The notes under the pieces are model-generated. The model ran no database searches. It saw nothing but the letters and a program-made list of their open reading frames with translations, and had not been told where the DNA came from. From positions 124,001 to 188,000 of the forward strand of contig CAWKCK010000001.1 of assembly GCA_963848135.1 (NCBI GenBank): a DNA stretch of 64,000 nucleotides, read 5' to 3'. Source of the DNA: an uncultured delta proteobacterium (GTDB lineage: Bacteria > Desulfobacterota > Desulfobacteria > Desulfobacterales > SG8-13). Both the position numbers and the translations under genes were made by a program. Shown piece after piece: positions 30,686-40,550 of this stretch. Positions within the stretch are counted from its first letter, which is position 1. Each line of letters opens with the position of its first letter.

Positions 30686-31942
30686 ATGAAGAACAGAGAG
30701 AATAAGATCCATACGGAGTTTGGTGCGTCCGCCGCGCGAGTTTATAAATCATTGCGAGAGTCAGAAACTCGGTACCGGCGACTTTTTGAAACAGCCCGGG
30801 ATGGAATATTGTTACTCGACGCCGAAACGGGGCAGATTACCGATGTCAATCCATTTATAGAAGAGATGCTGGGCTATTCTCACGAATACTTCATAGGAAA
30901 AAGACTGTATGAAATCGGTCCGTTCAGGGATATCCGGGCAAGCCTGTCCGCTTTTCAGGAACTACAAGATAAAGGCTATATTCGCTACGAGCATTTACCG
31001 CTCGAGGCCAAAGACGGAAGCCGAATTGACGTAGAGTTTGTCAGCAATGCGTATTGGGTCGACAACAGCCGGGTCATTCAATGCAATATCCGCGACATTA
31101 CGAAGCGGAAACAGGCAGAGGAAGCTCAATCGAAACTTGAATCCCAATTTCAGCAAGCCCGGAAAATGGAAGCAATCATCACCTTGGCCGGTGGCATTGC
31201 CCATCAGTTTAACAATGCCCTGGTTGTGATCACCGGAACGCTTGATCTGCTTGAGATGGATGTACCCGATAAAGAGAACGTTTCATGGTATCTAGAATCG
31301 ATGAAAAAATCGGCGCTTCGAATGACCCAACTCACACGTCAGTTACTCGCTTATGCCAGGGGAGGTAAATACCAGGTCGAAACGATTTCATTGAGTGATT
31401 TCGTTAGAGATACACTGCCGCTGCTCACCTCTGGCCTTAATCCCATTGTCAATATAAAGACCGATTTGCCTGATGATGTTCTGAAAACCAGAGCCGACTT
31501 GATTCAGCTGCAAATGGTTTTGCTGGCTATAATGTCCAACGCATCGGAGGCCTTGGAGAAGGAGGGATGCGTTCGAATATCTTGCAGAAATGAAGAGGTA
31601 ACCAAAAATAATGTAAAGGACTTTCCCGAATTGATGATTGGACCTTACGTATGCCTGACGCTGGAAGATAATGGAAAGGGTATGGACGAAGAAACGAGAC
31701 GCAAAGTATTTGAACCGTTTTTTACGACCAAATTTCAGGGTCGTGGACTGGGTATGGCCGCGGCATACGGCATCGTGAGCAACCATGGCGGCCGGATTAC
31801 TGTTGAGTCCCAGCGACACGAAGGAACAATCGTGCGGGTCTGGATACCTGCCATTACTGAGACTGAGGAGAATGAAAAGAAAAAACAAAATATCAGGTCG
31901 AATAGAGCTACAGGTGTCATTCCGATGATTGTGAGCGAGTAG
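30686..31942 (+). CDS. PAS-domain sensor histidine kinase (receiver domain apparently lost)
   Basis: PAS, LAGGIAHQFNN H-box, DNGKGM, FEPFFTTK, GRGLGM; GGGAGG RBS. Confidence 0.9.
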   Translation: MKNRENKIHTEFGASAARVYKSLRESETRYRRLFETARDGILLLDAETGQITDVNPFIEEMLGYSHEYFIGKRLYEIGPFRDIRASLSAFQELQDKGYIRYEHLPLEAKDGSRIDVEFVSNAYWVDNSRVIQCNIRDITKRKQAEEAQSKLESQFQQARKMEAIITLAGGIAHQFNNALVVITGTLDLLEMDVPDKENVSWYLESMKKSALRMTQLTRQLLAYARGGKYQVETISLSDFVRDTLPLLTSGLNPIVNIKTDLPDDVLKTRADLIQLQMVLLAIMSNASEALEKEGCVRISCRNEEVTKNNVKDFPELMIGPYVCLTLEDNGKGMDEETRRKVFEPFFTTKFQGRGLGMAAAYGIVSNHGGRITVESQRHEGTIVRVWIPAITETEENEKKKQNIRSNRATGVIPMIVSE

Positions 31943-32094
31943 AGATCTATGGAAAACTTGGGTTCTTGGGACTAATTGATGAAGTGTTCGTAGTTTACGT
32001 TATTGAAAGATTTTAGAACGAAAAAAAGAATAGATTGGTGGCATGGAATTAAAAGATAAAGCCAAACCAATTGATCAGAAAAAAGGGTGCGGTT

Positions 32095-34401
32095 ATGACA
32101 TCTGTTATTAAATATTATGAGGGAATCGACTCGATCGCCGTCATCGGCGACTATCTGCCGCGCCAGTGCGGCATTGCAACTTTCACCACGGATCTGGTTG
32201 AAGGCTTATCGGCGGAAGCCCCCGATATTTACAATTGGGTGGTGGCCATAAACGACAAACCCGAGGGATATGCCTATCCTGAAAAAGTGCGCTTTGAGAT
32301 CAACCAGAACAAATTGAGCGACTACAACATCGCGTCTCAATTTCTAAATATCAGTCAGACGGATATTGTTTGCGTGCAGCATGAATACGGTCTTTTCGGC
32401 GGACCGGCCGGCAGCCATCTTCTGAAACTATTGGGTGATCTGCGCATGCCGGTGGTAACGACATTACACACGGTCTTGAAAGACCCTGCGCCGGAATATC
32501 GTGCCGTCATGTGCAAGCTTTCCGATCTGTCCGACAAATTGGTTGTGATGAGCCGCAAGGCATGTGACTTCCTCAAAGATATCTATGCCGTACCAGAGGA
32601 AAAAATTACCTTTATCCATCACGGCATTCCAGATACGCCATTTATTGATCCCAGCTACTACAAAGACAAGTTCGGCGTGGAAGGCAAAAAGGTACTACTC
32701 ACATTCGGCTTGCTTTCCCCAAACAAGGGCATTGAGAATGTATTGCAGGCGCTTCCGGCGGTCATCAAAAAACACCCAGATGTGGCTTATATTATCCTGG
32801 GCGCGACACATCCGCATATTTTGAAATTGCATGGGGATGCATATCGAATCATGCTGCAGCAGCTCGTGCGTAAACTCGATATCGGCGCGCATGTCATTTT
32901 CCAAAATCGTTTTGTTGAACTCACAGAGTTATGTGAGTTTCTTGGCATTGCCGATATCTATGTCACCCCTTATCTTGAAGAAGCCCAGATTACGTCCGGG
33001 GCCCTTGCCTATGCCATGGGCACAGGCAAAGCCGTTATTTCAACCCCGTACTGGTATGCCACCGAGATGCTTGCCGAAGGCCGGGGCCGGCTTGTGCCCT
33101 TCCGCAATCCGGATGCCATGGCGGAGCAAATTATCGAACTTCTGAACAACGATGTCGAAAGGCACGCCATGCGCAAAAAAGCCTATACATTCAGTCGCGA
33201 GGCGGTTTGGAAGGAGGTATCCCGAAAATACCTGAAGGTTTTCAGTGATGTGCGGCAAAACCGCACCCGGAACCCCCGTCCCCGACATTCCTATGTCGAA
33301 GACATCAAGGCCATCACGAATTTCGAACTCCCGGAGATTAAGCTCGACCACCTGAAAGCATTTACCGATGATACCGGTATGTTACAACATGCCAACTATA
33401 CCATCCCCGATCGCACCCATGGATACTGCACCGATGATAATGCCAGAGCGCTGCTGGTTGCCGCCATGGGTCAAAAATACCTGCCGACAAACGGTTGGGG
33501 GCTTAATTATCTCAGCGGTCATTATCTCGGATTCCTTCTGTATGCCTTCAATGAAAAAGAGGGGCGCTTTCGCAATTTTATGACCTATTCGCGGCAGTGG
33601 TTGGAGGAAATCGGGTCGGAGGATTCGCATGGCAGAGCGCTCTGGTGCCTTGGCAAAGCAGTGGCTTTTCTTGATGATCCCGGGCATCTTGCAATGAGCA
33701 CGACCCTTTTCAACAAGGCACTTCGAGCAGCAGAGAATTTCCATTCACCTCGCGCCATCGCTTTTTGTCTGGTGGGCATGGATTCTTACCTGGATAAATT
33801 TTCCGGCGACAGTGAAGTGCGCAGGATCCGAGGAATTCTTGCCGACAGGCTTTTCGATCAGTTTAAAAACAATGCAGCAGACGGTTGGCCCTGGCTTGAG
33901 AACGCTCTAAACTATGCCAACGGGAAACTGCCCCATGCCCTGCTGCTGTCAGGCCAGCGGATGCAACGCAACGATATGATCGATATGGGACTCCTGTCCC
34001 TCAAGTGGCTGCTTGCCATCCAAACCGAAGACAATCACTTTGTGCCCATCGGCTGCAACGGATGGTATGAACGAGGCGGCCCCAGAGCCCGTTTCGACCA
34101 GCAGCCCATTGAAGCCAATGGCATGGTCGAAGCTTGTGTGAAAGCCTTTAAGATCACCCGGGATAAATCTTGGTTCGACGACGCCGTCATGTGTTTCAAT
34201 TGGTATCTCGGACACAATGACCTGAATATGCCGCTCTATGATCCCAAGACCGGCGGCTGTCGAGATGGATTGATGGCCGACGGCATCAACCAGAACGAAG
34301 GTGCCGAGTCCTCCCTTGCTTGGCTGCTTTCGCTGATGACATTGCAAAAGCTCTATGCCGACGAGGTTTTAAACCAGCCGTCGTCACCGAAAACCGATTA
34401 G
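32095..34401 (+). CDS. GT4 glycosyltransferase fused to a C-terminal helical (glycosidase-like) domain
   Basis: YLPRQCGIATFT, QHEYGLFGG, KGIENVL, SGALAYAMG; C-terminal GYCTDDNARAL, FDQQPIEA, NQNEGAES. Confidence 0.88.
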   Translation: MTSVIKYYEGIDSIAVIGDYLPRQCGIATFTTDLVEGLSAEAPDIYNWVVAINDKPEGYAYPEKVRFEINQNKLSDYNIASQFLNISQTDIVCVQHEYGLFGGPAGSHLLKLLGDLRMPVVTTLHTVLKDPAPEYRAVMCKLSDLSDKLVVMSRKACDFLKDIYAVPEEKITFIHHGIPDTPFIDPSYYKDKFGVEGKKVLLTFGLLSPNKGIENVLQALPAVIKKHPDVAYIILGATHPHILKLHGDAYRIMLQQLVRKLDIGAHVIFQNRFVELTELCEFLGIADIYVTPYLEEAQITSGALAYAMGTGKAVISTPYWYATEMLAEGRGRLVPFRNPDAMAEQIIELLNNDVERHAMRKKAYTFSREAVWKEVSRKYLKVFSDVRQNRTRNPRPRHSYVEDIKAITNFELPEIKLDHLKAFTDDTGMLQHANYTIPDRTHGYCTDDNARALLVAAMGQKYLPTNGWGLNYLSGHYLGFLLYAFNEKEGRFRNFMTYSRQWLEEIGSEDSHGRALWCLGKAVAFLDDPGHLAMSTTLFNKALRAAENFHSPRAIAFCLVGMDSYLDKFSGDSEVRRIRGILADRLFDQFKNNAADGWPWLENALNYANGKLPHALLLSGQRMQRNDMIDMGLLSLKWLLAIQTEDNHFVPIGCNGWYERGGPRARFDQQPIEANGMVEACVKAFKITRDKSWFDDAVMCFNWYLGHNDLNMPLYDPKTGGCRDGLMADGINQNEGAESSLAWLLSLMTLQKLYADEVLNQPSSPKTD

Positions 34402-34438
34402 GATCAGGGACGAAATAAATTGAACCAAAGGATCAGCT

Positions 34439-35455
34439 ATGCACATTGCCATGCTCTCGCCCATAGCCTGGCGCACACCACCACGTCACTACGGCCCTTG
34501 GGAGAGTGTGGCGTCACTTTTGACCGAGGGATTGGTATCACGCGGTCATGACGTCACCTTGTTTGCAACTGCGGATTCGCAAACCAGCGGCAGGCTGCAT
34601 GCCGTTTGCCCGCGGGGCTATGAAGAAGACCGCTCTCTCATACCAAAAGTTTGGGAGTGCCTGCATATTTCAGAACTCTTTGAGCATGCCGATGCATACG
34701 ACATAATCCACAACCATTTTGATTTCCTACCGCTGACGTATACCGGCTTGACCACTACCCCGGTTGTGACGACTATTCATGGCTTTTCATCGCCCGGGAT
34801 TCTGCCGGTTTACAAGAAATACAATGGCAAAGCGTTCTATGTTTCCATCAGCGATGCCGATCGGTCGCCGGATCTCGATTATATCAAAACCATCCATCAC
34901 GGCATCGATATCGAGCAGTTTAATTTTCAGCCTGCCCCGGACGATTACCTGCTTTTTTTCGGGCGCATTCACCAGGACAAGGGGACCCGGGAAGCCTTGA
35001 ACATCGCCAGGGCCTGCAGTAAGAAGTTGATATTGGCGGGCATCATTCAGGACCAGGCTTACTACGATCAATATGTCGTCCCTTACATAGACAACGACAA
35101 GGTGGTTTATATCGGCAGCGTCGGGCCTGCTGAGCGCAACCGGCTGCTCGGAAAAGCCTGCGCGCTATTGCACCCAATACAGTTTGATGAGCCTTTCGGC
35201 CTGTCCGTTATCGAATCCATGGCCTGCGGTACGCCCGTGATCGCTTTTGATAGGGGCAGCATGCCTGAACTTATCGAAAACGGTAAAAGTGGTTTCTTGG
35301 TCGACAACGTGGAAGAGGCCATTGAGACTGTCGCGCGGATTGAAGAGATTGACCGCGCCTATTGCCGCCGTCGAGTTACGCGGCATTTCACAATCGATCG
35401 CATGATTGATGCCTATGTAAACGCCTATGAAACGATACTTGAAATGGCCTCGTAG
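34439..35455 (+). CDS. GT4 glycosyltransferase
   Basis: PPRHYGPWE, FGRIHQDKG, EPFGLSVIESMACGTPVIA. Confidence 0.93.
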   Translation: MHIAMLSPIAWRTPPRHYGPWESVASLLTEGLVSRGHDVTLFATADSQTSGRLHAVCPRGYEEDRSLIPKVWECLHISELFEHADAYDIIHNHFDFLPLTYTGLTTTPVVTTIHGFSSPGILPVYKKYNGKAFYVSISDADRSPDLDYIKTIHHGIDIEQFNFQPAPDDYLLFFGRIHQDKGTREALNIARACSKKLILAGIIQDQAYYDQYVVPYIDNDKVVYIGSVGPAERNRLLGKACALLHPIQFDEPFGLSVIESMACGTPVIAFDRGSMPELIENGKSGFLVDNVEEAIETVARIEEIDRAYCRRRVTRHFTIDRMIDAYVNAYETILEMAS

Positions 35456-35594
35456 CCCGTTTGAAACCCCCTCTTTCGTCCGATTTCTGCCTCGGGCTTT
35501 AAATGCTAATCCTATAGATACTTAATGTATTCAGAAGTTTATCATTTTCGCCTTCCTTGAACTCGAACAATATCGAGACTTTTCAAACAAGCCA
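35453..35594. mobile_element. MITE-like element
   Basis: Imperfect TIR TAGCCCGTTTGAAA...TTTCAAACAAGCCA; overlaps the GT4 stop codon. Confidence 0.55.
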
Positions 35595-35674
35595 TAGTAC
35601 ACTCCGAAGATTTGAAAAGGCACTTGATTACACCCAAAGCAGCATCTTTGGATGATCTTGTAGGACAGACGTTC

Positions 35675-36616
35675 ATGATAACTCACAATCCAATTATTAA
35701 ACGTTTCAAAAATAACCCCGTTCTGACACGAAATGACGTGCCCTATCCCGTAGCGACAGTTCACAATGCGGGCATCGTCAAACATAAAGACCGCTACATC
35801 ATGCTTTTCAGGTCACATTTGCTGAATGGGCGCTCCATCATCGGCCGGGCCGACAGCGAGGACGGTTTTTCCTTCACTGTTCATCCCCGACCTTTTCTAT
35901 TGCCGTCAGCGGACGGCATATTTGCGGAATATGAGGCGTTCGGGGTCGAGGATCTCAGAATTTGCCCGGTAGAGGGAGAGTACCTGTTGACCTACAGCGC
36001 CTATTCCCGTCACGGGGTGCGGATTGCCCTGGCGCGCACCCGGAATTTTGAAAAAGTTGAACGCATTGCGTTGATCACTCAAGCCGACTTTCGCAACGTG
36101 GTCATTTTCCCTGAGAAGTTCGGCGGTCGGTATGCTCGTTTGGACCGTCCGCATTCGGAAATTTCACCCTGGTCGATCTGGATTTCCTATTCTCACGACC
36201 TGATTCACTGGGGCGATTCCCGGGTGATTATGAAGCCGGTGACCTACCACTGGGATGAAATGAAAATCGGGCCCGGCGCACCGCCATTTAAAACCGACAA
36301 GGGCTGGCTTCATATTTACCACGGCGTTTTTAAAACCATGTCCGGAACAGTGTATCGACTCGGCGCGGCGCTGCATGACCTTGATGATCCGGCGAACATC
36401 ATCGGCGTTTCCGATCAGTGGATATTGCAGCCTGAGGACCCTTGGGAGGTCAGTGGCTATGTCCCCAATGTTGTCTTTACCTGCGGCGCTGTTCCGGAAG
36501 ACGACGGTACGGTAAAAATTTACTGGGGTGGCGCGGATACGGTCATGTGCGCTGGTACGGCCGTCATTGATGAATTGGTAGCGCTCTGCCTTTCGGTTTC
36601 CCGGCCGCCGCTGTAG
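35675..36616 (+). CDS. GH130 family glycoside phosphorylase/hydrolase
   Basis: NPVL, VHNAG, GVEDLRI, KIGPGAPP, WLHIYHGV, VPNVVFTCG, YWGGADT. Confidence 0.9.
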   Translation: MITHNPIIKRFKNNPVLTRNDVPYPVATVHNAGIVKHKDRYIMLFRSHLLNGRSIIGRADSEDGFSFTVHPRPFLLPSADGIFAEYEAFGVEDLRICPVEGEYLLTYSAYSRHGVRIALARTRNFEKVERIALITQADFRNVVIFPEKFGGRYARLDRPHSEISPWSIWISYSHDLIHWGDSRVIMKPVTYHWDEMKIGPGAPPFKTDKGWLHIYHGVFKTMSGTVYRLGAALHDLDDPANIIGVSDQWILQPEDPWEVSGYVPNVVFTCGAVPEDDGTVKIYWGGADTVMCAGTAVIDELVALCLSVSRPPL

Positions 36617-36747
36617 ATGGTTCATTGCCGGATGATGGCAGGCCCGAAAGTCAACGTCGAGGATAGGCTTGAATTGAAGATCTGCCCTGCTGAACAGACT
36701 TGCGATGCAACGTATTCAAGATCAATCGACACTAAGGATACAATGAT

Positions 36748-38223
36748 ATGCTCTCTAAAAGGCGTCCAAAGCTGAAAGTTAAAAGAAAAGCAATTAAGAT
36801 CGTAGGGGATACCTCTCGGGTAATCACCCGGCTTCATCTTCCCGATGACAGGTATCGCATCCCCAAAATAATTGAGCGGATAATGAGCTTGCCAAACACG
36901 GCGGCTGAAAATTTAATTGCGCAAGTAATGATTGACTTTTCCGGAAGGCACGAAGACATCGGGCACGTTTTTGAGCGGCACCTGAATGCGGTGAAGAAGT
37001 ATCTTCCACGGGATATAAAACTCAGCGATGTTCAAAGGGCCCTCATCGGAGCCTACTTTACAAAGGAGTACTCTATTGAATCGGCCGCTCTTTTCAACCC
37101 TTCCCTCGTTCCCCATCCTGATCAGAGCCAGCTGAAAAAAGGCAGCTTACGCTTTATCATGAGTTTGCGGGCAACGGGGGAAGGCCATCTTTCGTCAATT
37201 GTATTTCGCAGCGGCGTCCTCGACCGGCACAATACGTTCAATTTCGACCCGATCAGTGAATTTGTGGAAACGCCGGATCTCCATTTAGACTCGGTTTACA
37301 AACGCAATCCTTTCCGGCTCAAGCTGAACGAAATGGGGGCCAGCAATGAGATAACCGCCCACATCCTTAATCAGTTGCCGGAAGATTTTACCTATAATGA
37401 ATTAATAGAAAAAATTGGGAAACTTCGCGCAAAACCGCAATTTTCTGAAGCACAACAAAACAGAACCTTCAAGGCCATGTGCTGGCTTGCAAATTCAAAT
37501 TATGAAGTGAGTTTCCACGCCGATCATCGTGTATCTGAACGGGTGATCTTCCCCGTTTCGAAAAATGAAAGCAGGGGCATAGAAGATGCCCGGTTCGTTC
37601 AATTTTACAATAACGGGCAGGAAGTCACATATTATGCGACCTATACCGCTTATAACGGCGCTATTTTACCGCAGTTGATCGAAACAAAGGATTTCATCAA
37701 ATTCAACATTTTAACCCTCAACGGCAAAGCCGTACAAGACAAGGGCATGGCGCTTTTCCCGCGCAAAATTGGCGGCCGCTATGCCATGCTCTCGCGCCAG
37801 GATGGTGAAAACAATCAAATCATGTTCTCAGACAATATTCATTTCTGGCAAGAATCCCAAATCATCCAGGAGCCTGAATACCCATGGGAATTCATTCAAA
37901 TCGGCAACTGTGGTTCACCCCTCGAAACCAATGAAGGCTGGATTGTGCTTACCCATGGCGTCGGGCCTATGCGCAAGTATTGCATCGGCGCCATACTGCT
38001 TGATCTTGAAAAACCAACAAAAATCATCGCCCGGTTGGATGAGCCGTTGCTTGCTCCGCATGAAAAAGAGCGCGAGGGATATGTTCCCAACGTTGTTTAT
38101 TCATGCGGGGCGATAATTCATAACAACGAGTTGGTCATTCCCTACGCCATGTCCGATATCAATTCCGGTATAGCAACCGTTGCAGTCGACGATTTGCTTA
38201 ACTGTATGCATGCGGTAAGCTAG
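36748..38223 (+). CDS. GH130 family protein, long form
   Basis: ESAALFNPS, GIEDARFV, KGMALFPRKI, GNCGSP, GYVPNVVYSCG, PYAMSD. Confidence 0.9.
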   Translation: MLSKRRPKLKVKRKAIKIVGDTSRVITRLHLPDDRYRIPKIIERIMSLPNTAAENLIAQVMIDFSGRHEDIGHVFERHLNAVKKYLPRDIKLSDVQRALIGAYFTKEYSIESAALFNPSLVPHPDQSQLKKGSLRFIMSLRATGEGHLSSIVFRSGVLDRHNTFNFDPISEFVETPDLHLDSVYKRNPFRLKLNEMGASNEITAHILNQLPEDFTYNELIEKIGKLRAKPQFSEAQQNRTFKAMCWLANSNYEVSFHADHRVSERVIFPVSKNESRGIEDARFVQFYNNGQEVTYYATYTAYNGAILPQLIETKDFIKFNILTLNGKAVQDKGMALFPRKIGGRYAMLSRQDGENNQIMFSDNIHFWQESQIIQEPEYPWEFIQIGNCGSPLETNEGWIVLTHGVGPMRKYCIGAILLDLEKPTKIIARLDEPLLAPHEKEREGYVPNVVYSCGAIIHNNELVIPYAMSDINSGIATVAVDDLLNCMHAVS

Positions 38224-38276
38224 TGATTTCAAGATTGGCGCACGCAAACTTCACAAGATTAATCCGGGAGATTGAA

Positions 38277-38497
38277 ACCTAAAGTGAGCGTTTCAAATTT
38301 TAAATGAAGGGGGGACTGCTTTATTTATAAGGAATTCTATTATCGTTTGATTTTAAAATTTGAAACCCATCGGGATTGCCGATCTTGCCGCATCTGCGGC
38401 GTCATATGCTGTCCCGCATAGCTGATCCCGCCAGCGACGGGACGGAACGGCATCTTCCTTGTATTTGCGGCAAACTCGACAATCGCTCAAATTAGGT
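38277..38497 (-). mobile_element. MITE-like repeat, copy 3 (221 bp, inverted)
   Basis: Reverse complement of copies 1 and 2; flanked by GAA/TAA. Confidence 0.85.
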
Positions 38498-38531
38498 TAA
38501 ATAAAGTATTTCGAAAAGGAAGGAGAAGCGG

Positions 38532-38633
38532 ATGGGCGACAAAGGAAAAAGAGATAAAGGCAAACGAGAAGAACAAAAAAAGGGCAAAACACTGAAAGAG
38601 AAACGAAAGCAAAAAAAAGATAAGAATAAATGA
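38532..38633 (+). CDS. Small Lys-rich basic protein (33 aa)
   Basis: AAGGAAGGAG RBS; MGDKGKRDKGKREEQKKGKTLKEKRKQKKDKNK. Confidence 0.7.
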   Translation: MGDKGKRDKGKREEQKKGKTLKEKRKQKKDKNK

Positions 38634-38771
38634 GCTGTCGGGCGATCCACTAACGACCTTCGCTGATAGTAAAAATTGGAACTATCAGCCTATACTCTTG
38701 GTTGAGCATCATCCGATCCGGATCTTCAATTGGAAATCATAAATATATTCAATTGCCTGTATATTGTTCTG

Positions 38772-38800
38772 TTGACATGTAAACAGAACAGGCATACTTT
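38772..38800 (+). promoter_or_regulatory. Sigma70-like promoter with an inverted repeat over the -35 box
   Basis: TTGACA-N17-TACTTT; TGTTCTGTT...AACAGAACA at 38765-38790. Confidence 0.5.
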
Positions 38801-38973
38801 TAAGTAGTTTACACGTCGAAAAATTCTTTGCCGGATTCATTTGACGTTATGGTAGGATTACGAAACATTTTGCAATGTAGGGCTTGACCACCATACATTA
38901 TCAATAAGAGGTGGTTTTTTTATTCCGTCATCATAATCCTCCCTAAAAACTTTAGGAAATGAACATGAAAATT

Positions 38974-39150
38974 ATGATGTGAGGAATAGTTCAATGGTTT
39001 AATCCACATCGAAGCTTCCGCTTGATCAAAGTTAAAAGCGGAAGCAAGCGTGTGCTTACATTTCAGCGCCTTCCAGGATAGCAGTTTCAAATGGACCAAG
39101 ACGAACGATCAGTTAACTCTAATGATCAAACCCGGCCAAATTCCAATCTA
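38974..39150 (+). pseudogene. Degenerate cold-shock protein gene
   Basis: MM*GIVQWFNPHRSFRLIKVKSG, frameshift, LHFSAFQDSSFK...DQLTL; colinear with CspA at 14405. Confidence 0.65.
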
Positions 39151-39426
39151 AAACCAACCTAAAGACGGTTTAAATCTCCACTCTCAAGTCGGCGCTCCCT
39201 TTTTAACTTTTGAAGGTCTCCGACCTCTATACTTCTTTATCGGACTTTGGTTTTCCCCATCAATTCAGAACTCACACTTGAGAAGTTTATACCGCTTTTC
39301 AATAATAAATTCCGAAACACGGAAGGGTGGTATAAGGGGTTGTTGAAAAAAACGTCCGCACACCGGAACGCTTTTTGGACAACCACTATAACCGGAATCG
39401 GATGACGGCATTTAAAAGGATATTAC

Positions 39427-39684
39427 GTGAAGACAAAATTGTACATTAATAATTTATCGAAGGAAACCGATGAAGCTGAATTGAGGCGCCTATTTTCCAT
39501 GGCAGGGAAGGTTACCTGGGTTGCAATCGCCAGAGGCAGGTATTCGCAGGAGAGCAGGGGAATTGCTCTGATCGAAATGGAGGGTGAAAATAGTGTCCGA
39601 CGTGCCTTAAAGCGGTTTAATGGTGTTCATTTACAAGGTAGCATCATTGCTGTCAGCAAAAACAATGAGGCGTGGAAGAATTAA
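39427..39684 (+). CDS. RRM RNA-binding protein (divergent)
   Basis: KLYINNLS, ESRGIALIEM, FNGVHLQG; AAAGGA RBS. Confidence 0.8.
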   Translation: MKTKLYINNLSKETDEAELRRLFSMAGKVTWVAIARGRYSQESRGIALIEMEGENSVRRALKRFNGVHLQGSIIAVSKNNEAWKN

Positions 39685-39835
39685 CAATCCTTCAGGCCAG
39701 GCAACAAAGCTTCTGCCTATCCATTATTTTGGTGATCGTACGCTTAATCGATATTTTGATATCGCTCCGTGTATTTTTGAAATTCGTTATGCATGACGTG
39801 TTGTTATATTCAGACAGGCTTTTGGATGGAATGCC

Positions 39836-40492
39836 GTGAGCATATGCTCAGTCGCACATAAGCGTGAGCAATCGCGCCAAGAGGAAATCGCGAACAGCGT
39901 CAGCCATGCTGTAGGGTTGATAGTGGCGCTTGCCTTAGCGCCGTTTGTAATCATGAACGCCGCACGTTTCGGTGACCACGGATTTATTGTCGGTACGAGT
40001 CTCTTTGCCGTGACCGTGGTCTTGCTGTATCTTGCTTCCACCCTTTATCACGCTCTGCCGATAGGAAAGTCCAAGCGGATATTTCGAATCATTGATCACT
40101 CTGCGATTTATCTCCTCATCGCTGGGACGTATACGCCTTTCACACTCGGAGTGCTTAAAGGCGCCTGGGGCTGGACGCTCCTCGGGCTCATCTGGGTTCT
40201 TGCCATAGCCGGAGTTACGCTGAAGGCTTTAAACAGGATGTCCCATCCCATCGTCTCTACCGGCCATTATTTACTCATGGGGTGGCTCATTCTGATTGCA
40301 ATCCGTCCGTTGTTTTTGCGTATCCCATTATCTGGCATCCTATGGATATTGGCAGGCGGTATTGTTTACACTGCAGGTGTGTTTTTCTTCGCGGTAGATT
40401 CGCGTTTACGTTACGGGCACTTCATCTGGCATTTGTTTGTAATGGCCGGAACCGCCTGCCATTACTTCGCAGTGCTCCGGTATGCGGCCTGA
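39836..40492 (+). CDS. Hemolysin III / PAQR family membrane protein
   Basis: EEIANSVSH, STLYH, DHSAIYLLIAGTYTP, HFIWHLFV. Confidence 0.93.
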   Translation: MSICSVAHKREQSRQEEIANSVSHAVGLIVALALAPFVIMNAARFGDHGFIVGTSLFAVTVVLLYLASTLYHALPIGKSKRIFRIIDHSAIYLLIAGTYTPFTLGVLKGAWGWTLLGLIWVLAIAGVTLKALNRMSHPIVSTGHYLLMGWLILIAIRPLFLRIPLSGILWILAGGIVYTAGVFFFAVDSRLRYGHFIWHLFVMAGTACHYFAVLRYAA

Positions 40493-40550
40493 CATGGCTC
40501 CTCAGATTAAAACGGCTTGCGGCAACTGAAAAGCAGAGTTAGAAAGAAAT

